Origin: Callorhinchus milii
Taxonomy: Eukaryota
DNA: 64,000 nt
Direction of reading: 5' to 3'
NCBI RefSeq assembly: GCF_018977255.1
Contig: NW_024704742.1
Location: 14,448,001 to 14,512,000 of the forward strand
Shown: positions 39,621 through 51,880 of the stretch, one piece after another
Numbering within the stretch: the stretch's first letter is position 1
Layout of the letters: each line of letters opens with the position of its first letter
Translations under genes and position numbers: made by a program
The notes under the pieces: generated by a model
Database searches by the model: none
The model's input: the letters and a program-made list of their open reading frames with translations, nothing else
Told to the model about the DNA's origin: nothing

Positions 39621-40377
39621 GGATAATTCTGTATATTGTTCAGATTATTTGCAACATATCCAACTGGCCTCAGGTCTGGGCAGCAGCACTTGGAAAAATC
39701 AGTTTCCTTGTGTCTCAAAATGCTTTGGCTTTATACAACTGTGTTGGAATGCTGAGGGGAGGAGTCAGGAGTCTGGAAAGAGTTGGGCTATAGGCCACAA
39801 AGCCCTGGTACATACTCATAGCCATCAATTACTCCTTTCTAAAACTATCTATCTTTGGCAGGAACTTTCACAATCAGTGCTCCCTTTCAACAATCCAATG
39901 TTGCATAGAATTAAAATGACTTTTTAAGATCCTTGTTTTCTTCTTTTTAAAAAATATATATTTTTGTTTTAAATTGTAAGTGCCGCTGAGATTGTGGAAG
40001 GAACTTGGTTTGGAGGAGTCACTGAGGCCTGAGATTGCAAGGCACATAAATAAACATTGTGTTTTTTTCTGGGCATCCCACCTATACATGGAAATTCACA
40101 TGTACCAGAATGGAATGCGGACTCTTTCCCTGGAGGAATGTATCCTGTTAACCTAATTCCAGAGAGTATTAGGCACAGACTTGAGGAACCCAGGGTGTGT
40201 GTTGGGGTACTGCTGGAGTTTAACCAGCTAAAACTGCATAGTTTGCCATTCAAAGCACTGACTGGCAATTGGCAATTTCCAAACAATATAGCAATATATC
40301 ACATCAGTCAATTTAAATAAACAAAATATCTGAAAATGGTAAGCTGAGAGAATTGACCCCCAATTTTTGTTTCATAC

Positions 40378-40569
40378 TTGTTAATAACGGATCGTGATTC
40401 GTGAACATTGACAAAGAAGCCATCCAGAAGAGGGACGAACATCTCTCCCACGTCAGACACCACCAGCATCTGTGGCTGTGCGAGGCTGCTCTTCAAATTG
40501 TAGAAATGGAGCACCTTGTTGTAGGTAACAAAGGCAACTCGAATGGCGGACGTCTCTGCTTGGTCTTCC
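40378..40569 (-). CDS. SEC24D: SEC24D exon D (192 nt): [63 protein letters not shown]
   Basis: Acceptor aacag|G, donor AA|gtatga; phases 2/2. Confidence 0.96.
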
Positions 40570-40729
40570 CTGTTAAAAAATTTCAAAGTGAAGGTGGAGA
40601 TTGGAAACAGCTAAACAAATATTCCACAAACCAATATAATAATAATCCTTGCTTTTGCTATAGCACCTTTCATATCAGGAAGACATCTCAATGAGCTTCA
40701 GAGGATGGGTGTACAGGAAATACCCTCAG

Positions 40730-41710
40730 CTTTACCTTCATGGTTCTGTCCTTTCCAGGTTTCATTCTTACCTATCCCAACCTCTCCACTTTGCATTTGC
40801 CAATGGCTTCTTCTGCATCTCTGGAACCGTCACATGTGGCATTCCTCAGGGCTCTATCGTTGGTCCTCTCCTATTTAATATCTACATGCTTCTGCTTGGC
40901 GATATCATCTGAAGACATGGGGTTAATTTCCACACATATGCAGATGACATCCAACTCTATCTCTTGATTCCAGGATCACTGATTTTCTGACCAACTGGCT
41001 TTCAGATATCAAGTTCTGGATGAGCTCTAACTTCTCCAGTTGGATATCGACAAGACAGAGGCTCTCCTACTTGGTTCCTGTCAGTGCCTTCTCACCTCAG
41101 GTACTGGCAGCATCAAACTATTTGGATGCACACTCCACCTCAGAGTCTGTGAGGAACCTTGGTGTCTTGTTCAACTCTCAATTGTCCTTTAAAAATCTAT
41201 ATTCGTGTTCTGCCCTGCTCAGCTTTCCCCCACCTCCGTAACATTATCACCGCTCCTCAGCCTGCCATGTCCCTAAATCATGCAGCCATCACATCCAGGC
41301 TTAACTACACTAGCTCTCAGCTTGCCCAATTTTCCATCTCTTTTCTCCATAAGCTGCAACTCGTGCCCTCTCCCACTCCAGGATCCTTGAGCCTGGCTCT
41401 ACTGGCTCCCCATCAACCAGCGAGTCGAGCTCAAGATCCTCATCAGAACCTTTAAATCCCTCCATGGTTTTGCCCCACCCTACTTCTGTAACCTCCTCAA
41501 AACCTAGAAATCTGGTCATTTCCTCCCCTTATCAGGCAACAGCCTGCTTTTCATCCTTCACCTCACCATCGCTGGTTGGGCTTTCAGGTTATCACACCCT
41601 GTAGGATTCCATCCAAACAGTCTCTTTGACTCACCCTTTCCCTCACGTCCTTCAAGGTCTGCCTCAAGATCTTCCTCTTTGATTGCTCTTTTGGACATCT
41701 TCCCCCCCCA
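40730..41710 (+). mobile_element. degraded L2 LINE (RT to 3' end)
   Basis: [21 protein letters not shown] (tatgcagatgac), ITSRLNY. Confidence 0.88.
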
Positions 41711-42446
41711 ACAACAATCCTTCAGATACAATTAGTGGTACTATGCTGTGCACAAAAGGGCACCCTCATTTGCCTGCAAAAATCAATTGCGAAACTTGAC
41801 AATCACCGTGAAGCACTTTGAGATATTTAAATTTGATAATGCTCTGCTTCTAAAGAAAGAAACAAGGAAGCATACAAGACTATAGTAAAAAAAATCATGT
41901 ACTGTCAACCAAGATGAAAATGAGCTGTCCAGACATCTGCACTAGGATAACAGAACATCTGCATCAGATTTCATGGCTTCTCTCAAGATGTGGAGTGAAT
42001 TCAATTTTGTTCGCAATGTTCATCAAAGCCTGGAATAAATGGCACTCAAATCTATAGCATATGTTGAGATTTCAGAGTTTGATCAATCTCTAAAATGTTT
42101 GTCAGGTAAAATTAACTTCACATGAGGGAAATTGATGCATAATAATTTGGTGAAAGTTGGATAGTCTAAAGAGTTAATGTTCCTGGTTGGGACAATACTA
42201 TACTTCATTGGGCACTAATTTGCCAATCTCAATTAGAATGGTGAGAGAATTAAAGCTCACAGGAGTCCCCAGTTCCTCTCGACTCTGCCCTGCTCCACTG
42301 GTGTGTGGATCACTGAAAGGAGTTAAATATAAAGGTTCAGATAAAAGTGCATGGTGACTGACTGCGTACTGAATGTTCCCACTGCAGTAAACTCCTGATA
42401 ACTCGTCGCTTCAAGGGGAAAAGAGCTCGATAACTAGGATCAGGAG

Positions 42447-42645
42447 CGGCAAGTTTCCTTTAAAAAAAGAATAATATTTGGTCACTCAATCCACGACTGT
42501 TTGTGGGACACTGCTGTCCGTAATTGGCTACCGCGTTTCGCCCACAAAATATACAGTCAATTCACTTTACAGTATATTGTGAAGTGCTTTGAGACATCTC
42601 AAAATCGTGATAAGGCACTATATCAAATGCAAGGATTATTATTAT
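42447..42645 (+). mobile_element. 5'-truncated tRNA-headed SINE
   Basis: Matches the body and tail of 20706-21026. Confidence 0.82.
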
Positions 42646-43564
42646 ATCATATTTGTTCAGTGAGGGGGAAGGAGCTGCTCTACCTGAGCTTGTGTGATAT
42701 ACAACATATTTGGACTCACAAAGGGAGCTTCAATCTACATCTAATTTGGATTCTATGCCTCTAATTGTGCTTAGACTGGGTACCCCAAATTGGTGAACTC
42801 TACCATGGCTCACTGTGAGAACAAAAAATTAATCACAGATAGAGCTGGTAGAGAAATTGAGACCTTCAGGTTTTTAACTGTAGCTTTTAGATTGCTGTGT
42901 AAAACGGAGACTAGGCAAGCAGTGGTGGAATTAGTTAAACCACCGGATTTAATTGGATCCGAACAAAGCCACTGAACCTGGGCCAGTTCATAAACCTCTA
43001 TCCAATGGATTACATACTCAACCAGCACATCCATTTGAAGTGTATGGTAGTTTTCCAAGGACAGTATGGTGGAGATTAACTTTGGTTGCTATATAATGGC
43101 TGCATTCTCCTAAGGCAATATGAGGTCACTTTTTCATGGAAATGGTTTCAGTTATTATGAAACAACTGTTCTTAATGTAATCAAACTCTACACTGGAACA
43201 ATCACTACACTTTATCCTGAACTATAATGGAATACAATACAATTCACATTTATATATTGTCTTTCACTCCAGGAGGATGTCTCAAAGCACTAATGTAACT
43301 GTCAAACAAAAGAAGAACACTGAACACAGAGAAAGAAAACAGACCCATCTTATCTCACTTTTCATATTGTTTCAGCTTTTGTAAATATATGAATATTATT
43401 TAGGATTTATTTTTAGATCAGTGAGTTGGTCTGCAATGGTCTTTCAGGTCCTGTATTCCTAAATTCCAGACATAAGATCATGAATGGATGGATGAAGTCT
43501 GTGATATAATACGATTTTGCACAAACTGCAGAGGGAATGGGTATAATGAGCCAAATCCCCTTTG

Positions 43565-43802
43565 TGGAGTCCTGTAGCTTAGTGGTTAGAGTACTCGCCT
43601 TGCAAGCGAGAGGACCTGGTTTCGATTTCCAGCTACGGTGAAACATTGGACAAGTTTCCTTACTCCACATGCCTCTGTTTACCGAGCAGTAAGTAGGTAA
43701 ACGGTTGTTAGTCAATTGGTGGATCACTTTTCCTGGGGATAATCCATTAAACTGTTTGTGGGACACTGCTGTGCACAATTGGCTGCTGCGTTTTGCCCAC
43801 AA
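43565..43802 (+). mobile_element. tRNA-Ala-headed SINE variant with a longer CORE-like segment, 3'-truncated
   Basis: Head as in 20706; body TTGGACAAGTTTCCTTACTCCACATGCCTCTGTTTACCGAGCAGTAAG. Confidence 0.8.
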
Positions 43803-44085
43803 AATTATTATTTTCTTTTTCCATATGTTCTCATGATCTGGACTCAACATAAACTGATACTGCAGAAATCAACTAATCCCTTTGGGGTTCCGATATCTTG
43901 CCATGACTTGGGTCATACATATACAACCGATTGCTGCTCAATTTACCTTTCCATTTATCAATATATATTTTTAAATCTGCAGTTAGCAAGCCACTATATA
44001 AACAGATCACATTGCTCCTATTGTGATATGACATTTATAGAGGCTGCCAGAATATAACACAATTGTATCTTTACCATTCGGTTAA

Positions 44086-44191
44086 ATATCAAATGCAAGG
44101 ATTATTATTATTATGTGCAACAAATGGAATTCACTGTGTAACACAGTGAGTTCTACTTGTTGCACATAATAATAATCGTTGCATTTGATAT
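44086..44191. repeat. near-perfect palindrome centred on 44140, overlapping a minus-strand SINE tail (44168-44272)
   Basis: Arms of 54 and 51 bp, 4 mismatches plus one TAT indel, 1-nt spacer. Confidence 0.93.
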
Positions 44192-45099
44192 AGCGCCTTA
44201 TCATGTCTTCGAGACATTTCAAAGCACTTCACAGAATAGACTAAAGTGAATTGACTGTATATGTTGTGGGTACATACAGTATGACAGATTTTTTTTATTT
44301 TTAAAACTATATGTATACATGAGGTAATAACCTTAATGGACATTGACACAAAGAGAATTTTTTTTCCCTCTGGGAACAATTCTGTTATTCAGAGACAATT
44401 CGGGGGTAAAAAAGCTAAAAGTTAACTTACAAAAGCTGTACAACAACAACAACAACTTGCATTTATAAAGCGCCCTTCACACAGGATAGCATGCCAGAAT
44501 GCTTGAACATAATCATGCAGGACTGTTGAATTGGATTAAACTCCATATATGTTTTTTGGTTGTTCAGGTATAAGAGACCTTGTGATACTTTGCATTTTGA
44601 ACTTGTCAGTGCTGTATTTTTCTAATTTTAAGAGATGAGAAGCAGGTTACCAGCCCACGTGGCTTCTCGTTAATCTGCACATCTGTTTCTCTGCTCTGTT
44701 CCAATTCTTATGCTCCAAACAAATGTACTGGTCCTTTTTTCCAAACCGCTTTTTTGGGGGGCTTCAATATGCTTTTTATTAAGCCAGCTACCTCACATGT
44801 TCTGACAGCACTCTGCTTTTTGAACAAATATAATGAATGCACTGCAGCTCACTGACAACAGAAAGAATTTCTTGAATTTCTTGTTTTTTTTAAAAAGCCT
44901 CTTTTCAACATTAGGACAAGAGGTTTCATGAAGAATTTATCTCACAGATCTAGGATTTTTTTTGTGTGTTTGGTAAATTACGTCTAGCTTCTTTTTTTGC
45001 CTGGCAAATTTACCATGAAATTAAAGAAAGAAGCATGCATTGAATGGGTGTATTAACATTGTGACCTTTACTTCAATATATCACTGTCTGCTATGGCAC

Positions 45100-45370
45100 A
45101 CTTCCTCAGCACCTGCCACTTGTTGGCAACTCATATACCTAGATATTTTTCAATTGTGAACCTAGACAGGGAATGCTGCCAGGCTATATCACTGGGCGTA
45201 GGGCACACAAGTACGGATTGCAATCTCGGGATGCTGCTCCCGAAATCCCTGGATTGCAACCCATAATCACAGCTGCGTTCAATCCTGGCCTCACATGACA
45301 CCCATATTTCCTCACATTTCAGCAGATGTCAGTGGATAGTATTTTATTAACAGCAGGAAACATCAAGGTG
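45100..45370 (-). mobile_element. AmnSINE2-like fragment, degraded
   Basis: Colinear similarity with 6800-6960, plus an internal insert of about 55 bp. Confidence 0.45.
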
Positions 45371-45821
45371 ATTATGTGAACCACCTGTAAACTAACTAAA
45401 CTTGATAGTTGAGCGTATCTTATTCTCCACTATTTGATAAAATTTCCAGCGCGGTGACACAATCTTATAATGGCAAGAATGCTGACAATTGGAGAACCAC
45501 TTGAATGGCTGATTTTTCCTATTTCTCGGGTAAGGGGCACTGCAGACACTGCTGCTCTTCTAAGTGAGCATTTCAAATGAAGCCAATACAATTGATCTTT
45601 GTGGGTAATGCATCTAGGTATAAAATACACAGGCAAGCCACTTTGCAGCATATTTTTTTGAAGAGTTTTGAGACATCTCGATGGCATGAAAGATGCTATA
45701 TAAAATGCTAGGACTATTTATTATTTTCAAATATAACACCACCAGATACATATTGTCAATAATAAGATACCACTCTCTCCTGACCAGGCCATGATTTTCA
45801 AAGCTACGCATAACTCCTTAC

Positions 45822-45946
45822 CTGGGTAATTTATCCAGCAGTGTTTTTAACTCCTCACATACTAAGCTGACACATCCACTCTTGATATTGCTGTATGACA
45901 CATCAATCATGAAGATGAAGGCAGGTGGGTTAGGAGGCTTGTTATT
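45822..45946 (-). CDS. SEC24D: SEC24D exon C (125 nt): [41 protein letters not shown](R)
   Basis: Acceptor tacag|AAT, donor AG|gtaagg; start of trunk domain (FMIDVS). Confidence 0.96.
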
Positions 45947-46482
45947 CTGTAAATAAAACAAGTACGTATAAACAGAAAATAATTTTATTTTAAATAGTGA
46001 TCTGAAGACTGTATTGTTCAGATTACTATTCTTGGCCATTGACTCCAGGTTACATTCTCCATGTGAGTGGGGACAGCGAATGTCAGTAGATAAGCCTAAC
46101 CCAATCCTGGAACACTAACTAATCACCTGGAATGGGATCCTGGTTGATATTTCACTTTTCCTAGACCAGGACAACTGAGGCTAACTCTAACTAGAGGGCA
46201 TAAATATAAGAGAGTTTGTAGTAGATCTAAAAAAGAAGTTTAGGAGGAACTTCTTTATGCAGAGACTGATGTTTCTTAACATTTAACTCTTAACATTTCT
46301 GATGCCATTTTGTTTATATGCATGAGACATTACTGTGCACAAAACATCTTTCCTACTNAAAAAATCTTAGTCACTACATTTTAATATATATCCCGTGAAG
46401 CGCTTTGAGATATCCTGCTGACATGAATGGCTCTCTACTGAATCTAAGGATTATTTTATATTCTTATGTTATTATGATAGTT

Positions 46483-46835
46483 TTGCCCTCCATGGCCTCG
46501 CCCCACCCTACTTCTGCGATCTCCTAACCCCCTACCAACCCACCCGTTCCCTCCGCTCAGCCAGCTCCGGCCTGCTCCACGTCCCCCGACCCACCCCACC
46601 ATTGGCGGGAGAGCCATCAGCCACTCTGCCCCCAACCTCTGGAATTCCATCCCCCGGTCACTCCACCTCGCCCCCTCCTTAGCTTCCTTCAAGTCCCACC
46701 TCAAAACCCTCCTCTTCGACCATGCCATCGGCCACCCCCTCCTTTCTCCCCCCCACTCCCCCGACTCCAGCTCGGGTCTGAAATGCTGTCCTCCCGACGT
46801 GAAAGGTGCTATACAAATGTAATCTTGTTGTTGTT
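46483..46835 (+). mobile_element. relatively young L2 3' end
   Basis: Roughly 85% identical by eye to the reverse complement of 31000-31370; (TTG)n tail. Confidence 0.9.
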
Positions 46836-48029
46836 ATGTGATGATATCAAGACTAATACGTCTAAGCAATCGCTAGTTGTTGCAAGTGCCCTCTTGAAGT
46901 CCAGAGGCAATATGAAAGTGGCAGAGCTTGCAATGCGCCGCATTTCGAGTCTCCTGAGCCACAATGTAAAAACTGTGTCAGTAAAATGCTTTTGTTTATT
47001 TAATTGCATCACACACTTCATCCCAATTTATTTATGAGAAGTGTCCCTTTTCAGAGATTCTAATTTTAGCCTATTGTTTATACAACAGTGAAGAATCGTG
47101 CTTAAACAATTGGATAAAATTAGAACCACTAACAGTGCCTTATACAGAAACCCTGTAAAGGACTGTAGCAATGTTTTATGTGAAGCGCCAGGGAACAAAA
47201 TCCAATGAAAGGAGTATTACGTTTCCATTTTAATAACTTTTTAAGCCATTAAAATATGTTTATGTTATGATTTGTTTGGGATTTCCAGGGGAAGAAAATA
47301 CTTTTCTATTCTTGGAAATATACTCATATGTTTGAAATATACTTGGTACGAACTGCACAGTAACAGCGAAAACTACTTCAGGGCCAATAAAGCCTTCCTT
47401 GAAATATTTGGGAGGTAAAATCATACAACGTTTTTATCGCAGAAGGAGGCCCATCATGTCTGTAACAGCACAATCTGCCCCACTGGAACTGGCACTTGAC
47501 AGTAATTGCTTGTGAAGCACTTTGACATGTTTCAATGTTATAGGGTACTATATAAATACAAGTTTTTTCAGCACCTTGGGACATCCTCCCGATGTGAAAG
47601 GCACGATACAAATGTAATCTTGTTGTCGTTGTTAACTGATGTTAGCTTCAAATTGAATGGTTGAACCAGAGGTGCATACTTTGGAGGCTGACAACTGTCT
47701 CTTGCAAGGGCGTGTGAAGGTCGGATATAAATGCAAGTTGTTGAGTACATTCTGTCCACAATCCCCATTTGCCTTGTGAGGAATGCCCACCTCTGGAGGC
47801 AATGTATCGATTGCCAGTGGTGTATTTAGCAAAACATACTTGGACTTGTAACTTCTATTGCCTCTTCTGTGCAACCAGACTTAGTGGTGTTCCATGCACA
47901 CGGGAAAGTTTGATATCATTGTGTAATAAACATGATCACATCAAATGTTCATTATAAATAAATTACAATACTATTCATATTTACGTAGCACATTTCCCAT
48001 CATGAGTAAGTCTCAAAGTACCAATGCTG

Positions 48030-48345
48030 GTCTGGGCACCCGAGCTGGGAGTGGGAGTCAAGGAAGGTGGGGAGCGGAAAGATGACTGAAAGAGTGGTCA
48101 AACAGCTATGTTTTGAGACATACCTTGAATGAGAGAAGGAAGGGAGCAAGTTGGAGGAACTCTGGGATGCAGTTCCAGAGAGAGAAGGCAGAGTGACTGA
48201 AAGCCTACCCACCAATGGTGGGGGCGGATAGGATGAGGGACATGAAACAGAACAGTGTTTGCTGAGCACAGGGAGCGGCTGGGTCAGTTGGACTGAAGGA
48301 GATCATAGAGATAGGGTGGGGACAGATTGTGGAGGAATTTCAATG
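48030..48345 (-). mobile_element. degraded L2 3' fragment
   Basis: Similar to 31075-31390. Confidence 0.7.
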
Positions 48346-49579
48346 TGAGAGTCTGGCAAGCAGAGCATTGGTGTAGTCAAGCTTAGATATGTGTCTTTGC
48401 AGCCCAAAGCAGAAGTAGTGGCAGAGGTAGACACTGTTTTAGAGGTAATGTAACTTGTGCGATTAGCCAGACCCAAATAATGGTAGTGGAGCTGTGGAAA
48501 ATTGCCAGGGGCAAATTTACCTGATATTAAATGCTCTTCTCAGCCTCTGCTGTTGTTTTTTTGATAGCAGAGAATACAAAAATCAATTTCCAACAATAAT
48601 AAACCTTGCATTTGAGATAGAGCCTTATCATACCATCAAAGCATCTTAAACCACTTCACAGGATTTATTGGAAAGTGCACTGGAGTTTCAATGTTGATGT
48701 TTTGCGTTTGCACGATATCTCACGTAATCGTGCCAATCATAATGTAAGGTAACAGCAGATAATTTTCCCATAAGCTTCTTCCGGAAATGAGACTAAAATT
48801 TCAAAGTGGTGGAGGCTGAAAATGCATTTGCATTATTATTATTATATTAACATCTCCAGTTTTGGCAACGCATTTCACAAATCTGGAGACAACATGTTCC
48901 TGGATAAAAATTTCCACTGTCTCAAGTTTGGTCTTCCCCATTTCCTCCCACACTGGGACTTTTCCTGGTTACTAAATAATATGTACTGTTTTATAGTGAT
49001 TACTATAACACCTCCATTTGGAACTATTTATTGTTGTAAGAAATGTAAACAAGAGTTATTAAATAAAGATTTTTTCCCCCGTTGATTTTCCTTTCTAGGA
49101 TACAGTGCATGGATGCCAGAAGTTTCATGCAGCCAATTTTTCTCTGAGCTTGTACAATTAAGTGTTGGCAGACCATTCGACCATGAGAGGAATCATAGCC
49201 AAGTTGTGACCACCTTATGCACTTACAGTAAGTGTCACTGGATAAAGATCTGGAGCAACAAGTTTGGATAATTCCCCACCTCCTCCAGCTCGGCTCCCCC
49301 AATGGAATGTTACAGGCCTGCTGACACTGGCTTCTCATGCAATATTTAATGACTAGAAAGAGTAGAGGGCTAAAATATGACATTTGCAACTGAATTTAAA
49401 AACACTTTTTACAAATATCAAATCCTGTTGGTAACCAAATGTGCATCGCCCCAATCGGTAAGTAACAGCTGTAACATGCCCAGGAGCAGAGTTCCTGTTG
49501 AACAACAGAAATCACACCCAATCACCTATTGGATTTGATATGTGGAAACTCTTCCTTCAAATGCTAGAGTCTTGACTCC

Positions 49580-50338
49580 GAGTGCCACAAGGATCAGTGA
49601 TTGGGCCTCAGCTATTTACAATTTACATCAATGATCTAGACGAGGACATTGAATGTAACATATCTAAATTCGCGGACGACACTAATCTAGGTGGGAGAGT
49701 AAACTCTGAGGATGATGCAATAGACCGGCAGGGGAGTGGGCGAGTAGGTGGCGGATGGAATTTAATGTGGGGAAGTGTGAAGTTATTCACCTAGGTAGCA
49801 AAAACAGAAAAACAGATTATTTTCTTGAGGGGGAGAGATTAGTGTTAGTGTTCAGAGGGATTTGGGTGTCCTTGTACACCAGTCTGAAAAAGCTAGTTTG
49901 CAGGTGCAGCAAGCAACTAAGAAGGCGAACATTGCAAAAGGTTAGCGTTCATTGCAAAAGGTTTGGAGTATAAGAGTAGGGAAGTCTTGCTGCAACTGTA
50001 TAGGGCCTTGGTGAGACCGCACCTAGAGTATTGTGTGCAGTTTTGGTCTCCTTATTTAAAAAAGGACATACTTGCCCTAAAGGGGGTGCAGCGTAGATTG
50101 AGTTGAGGAAACATTTCTTCACTCAGAGGATAGTGAATTTATGGAGTTCACTACCCCAGAAGGCTGTAGTTGCTCAGTCCTTGAACATCTTCAAGGCTGA
50201 GATTGACAGATTTTTAAAAAAAGAGGAATTAGGGGATATGGCAGGTAATTAGAGTTAGTTCTGAAGATCAGCCATGATCTTATCAAATGCCGGGGCAGGC
50301 TCGAGGAGCCGAATGCTGCTAATTCTTATGTTCTTATG
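49580..50338 (+). mobile_element. CR1 LINE, RT to 3' end, with internal deletions
   Basis: [55 protein letters not shown]; tail TTCTTATGTTCTTATG. Confidence 0.92.
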
Positions 50339-51880
50339 ACACCCAGGTTCCTGACTGGCTTAGTGAACTTGAGTGTGCAGCCGTGGAGGCTGATGCTGCC
50401 ACCGCCTGAGGTGCGGAGGCACTGGCACGAGCAAATCAGGAGGGCCTCGGTCTTGCTGACGTTGAGTTCAAGAAAGTTGTCCCTCGTCCAGGCCTTGATG
50501 TTGGACAGGCAGTCGGTCAGGACGCCAGTAGACCTGGAGTTGAGGGTGGAGGCAGAGAGATAGAATTGGGTGTCATTTGCATACATGTGGAAATTTACCC
50601 CATGTCTGTGGGTGATGTCACCAAGGGGGAGCATGTAGAGGATGAAGAGGAGGGGACCGAGGACAGAGCCCTAAGGAACACCGCACAAGACGGTGCGGGG
50701 TTTGGAGGAGAAGCTGTTTGCAGAGACGATGTGGAGGCAGTGTGAAAGGTAGGACCTGAACCAGTCAAAGACATAACTTTGAAGATTGAAGTGGGAAGAG
50801 AGGCGGTGGAGAAGGACTGAGTGGTCCACAGCATCAAAGGCGGCGGAGAGGTCAAGGAGGACAAGGAGGCAGAAGGAGCCCTGGTCACACATGGTCAGGA
50901 TACCATTTGTGACCTTGACCAGAGCAATTGGAGGGGCTCATGGAGTGAGTGGGTGGAGAGGAAAGAGCGAAGCTGGCAGGCGAGGTACTCGCAAGGACCT
51001 TAGACAGAAAAGGAAGGTGGGAAATGGGCCGGTAGCTGGATAGCTGTGATGTGTCAAGGGAAGGTTTCTTCGAGGTAGGAGTGATAGTAGCTGTTTTGTA
51101 GGAACAGTGTCAGATGACAGGGAGAGGTTGATGATGTTGGTGAGTATTGGGGCAAGGAGGCGGAGCTGGGATTTAAGGAGAGGGGTGGGGATGGGGTCCA
51201 GGGAGCAGGTGGTGAGCTTCATGGAGGATATGCAAGTGATGACAGAGGAGGGGGTGACAGGTGCAAAGGTGTGGAAGGAGGGTGGGTAGTGGTTGGAGTG
51301 TGGTGGGGGTGTGGAAGTTGCGAGGGCAATGGCAGCTGAGTGGATTCCCTCGATTTTGGACTTGAGGAAATCCAGCATTTTCTCACAGTGGAAGTCGGAG
51401 GAAAGAATCTGCGAGGCCTGAGGGGGAGGGCGGAGAAACCGATTGATGGTGGAGAACAGGAGCCTGGGGTTGCCCTTCGCCTGGAGTAGAAGGACGATTT
51501 GGCCGAGGCGAGAGCGGAGTGGTAGGTTTTGATGTGGTCCAGCCAGATGTGCCGGTGGACCGTTAGGCCGGATTTGAGCCAAGTGTGTTCGGCAGCCCAC
51601 ACCTGGCCCTTGAGTGAGCGGAGGTGGCTGGTGAACCAGGGTGAGGATTGGGAATAGGAGGAAGTTCGGGACATGAGGGGGGGCAAGGAATGTATTGGAG
51701 AGGGTGCTGTAGAGGAGAGTAAACGCAGAGGATGGATTGGTGCGGGAGGTGGGCCAGAGGGGGAGGAGTTCAGAGGACTTCAGGGCAGCGGAGAGGGATT
51801 GCGGGGAGATCTTCTTCCACGGGTGGTAGTGATAGGTTTGGAGGCAGTGGAGAGAGGGATACAGGAGTTGAGGGAGTGTG
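50339..51880 (-). mobile_element. L2 LINE ORF2 middle region (linker and RT), frameshifted
   Basis: SPWFT, TCSLDPIPT, IINLSL, LLDLSAAFD, HMYANDTQ, LNVSKTE, VRNLGV. Confidence 0.92.

Noticed and set aside
35168..46358. Single N bases at 35168 and 46358
   Set aside because: Both precede A homopolymers inside introns; assembly ambiguity rather than biology.
50339..51880. Active LINE or domesticated reverse transcriptase (also 30993-32570 and 49580-50338)
   Set aside because: Multiple frameshifts, stops and deletions; the catalytic YADD is YAND in the 50339-51880 copy; no endonuclease domain or ORF1 seen.
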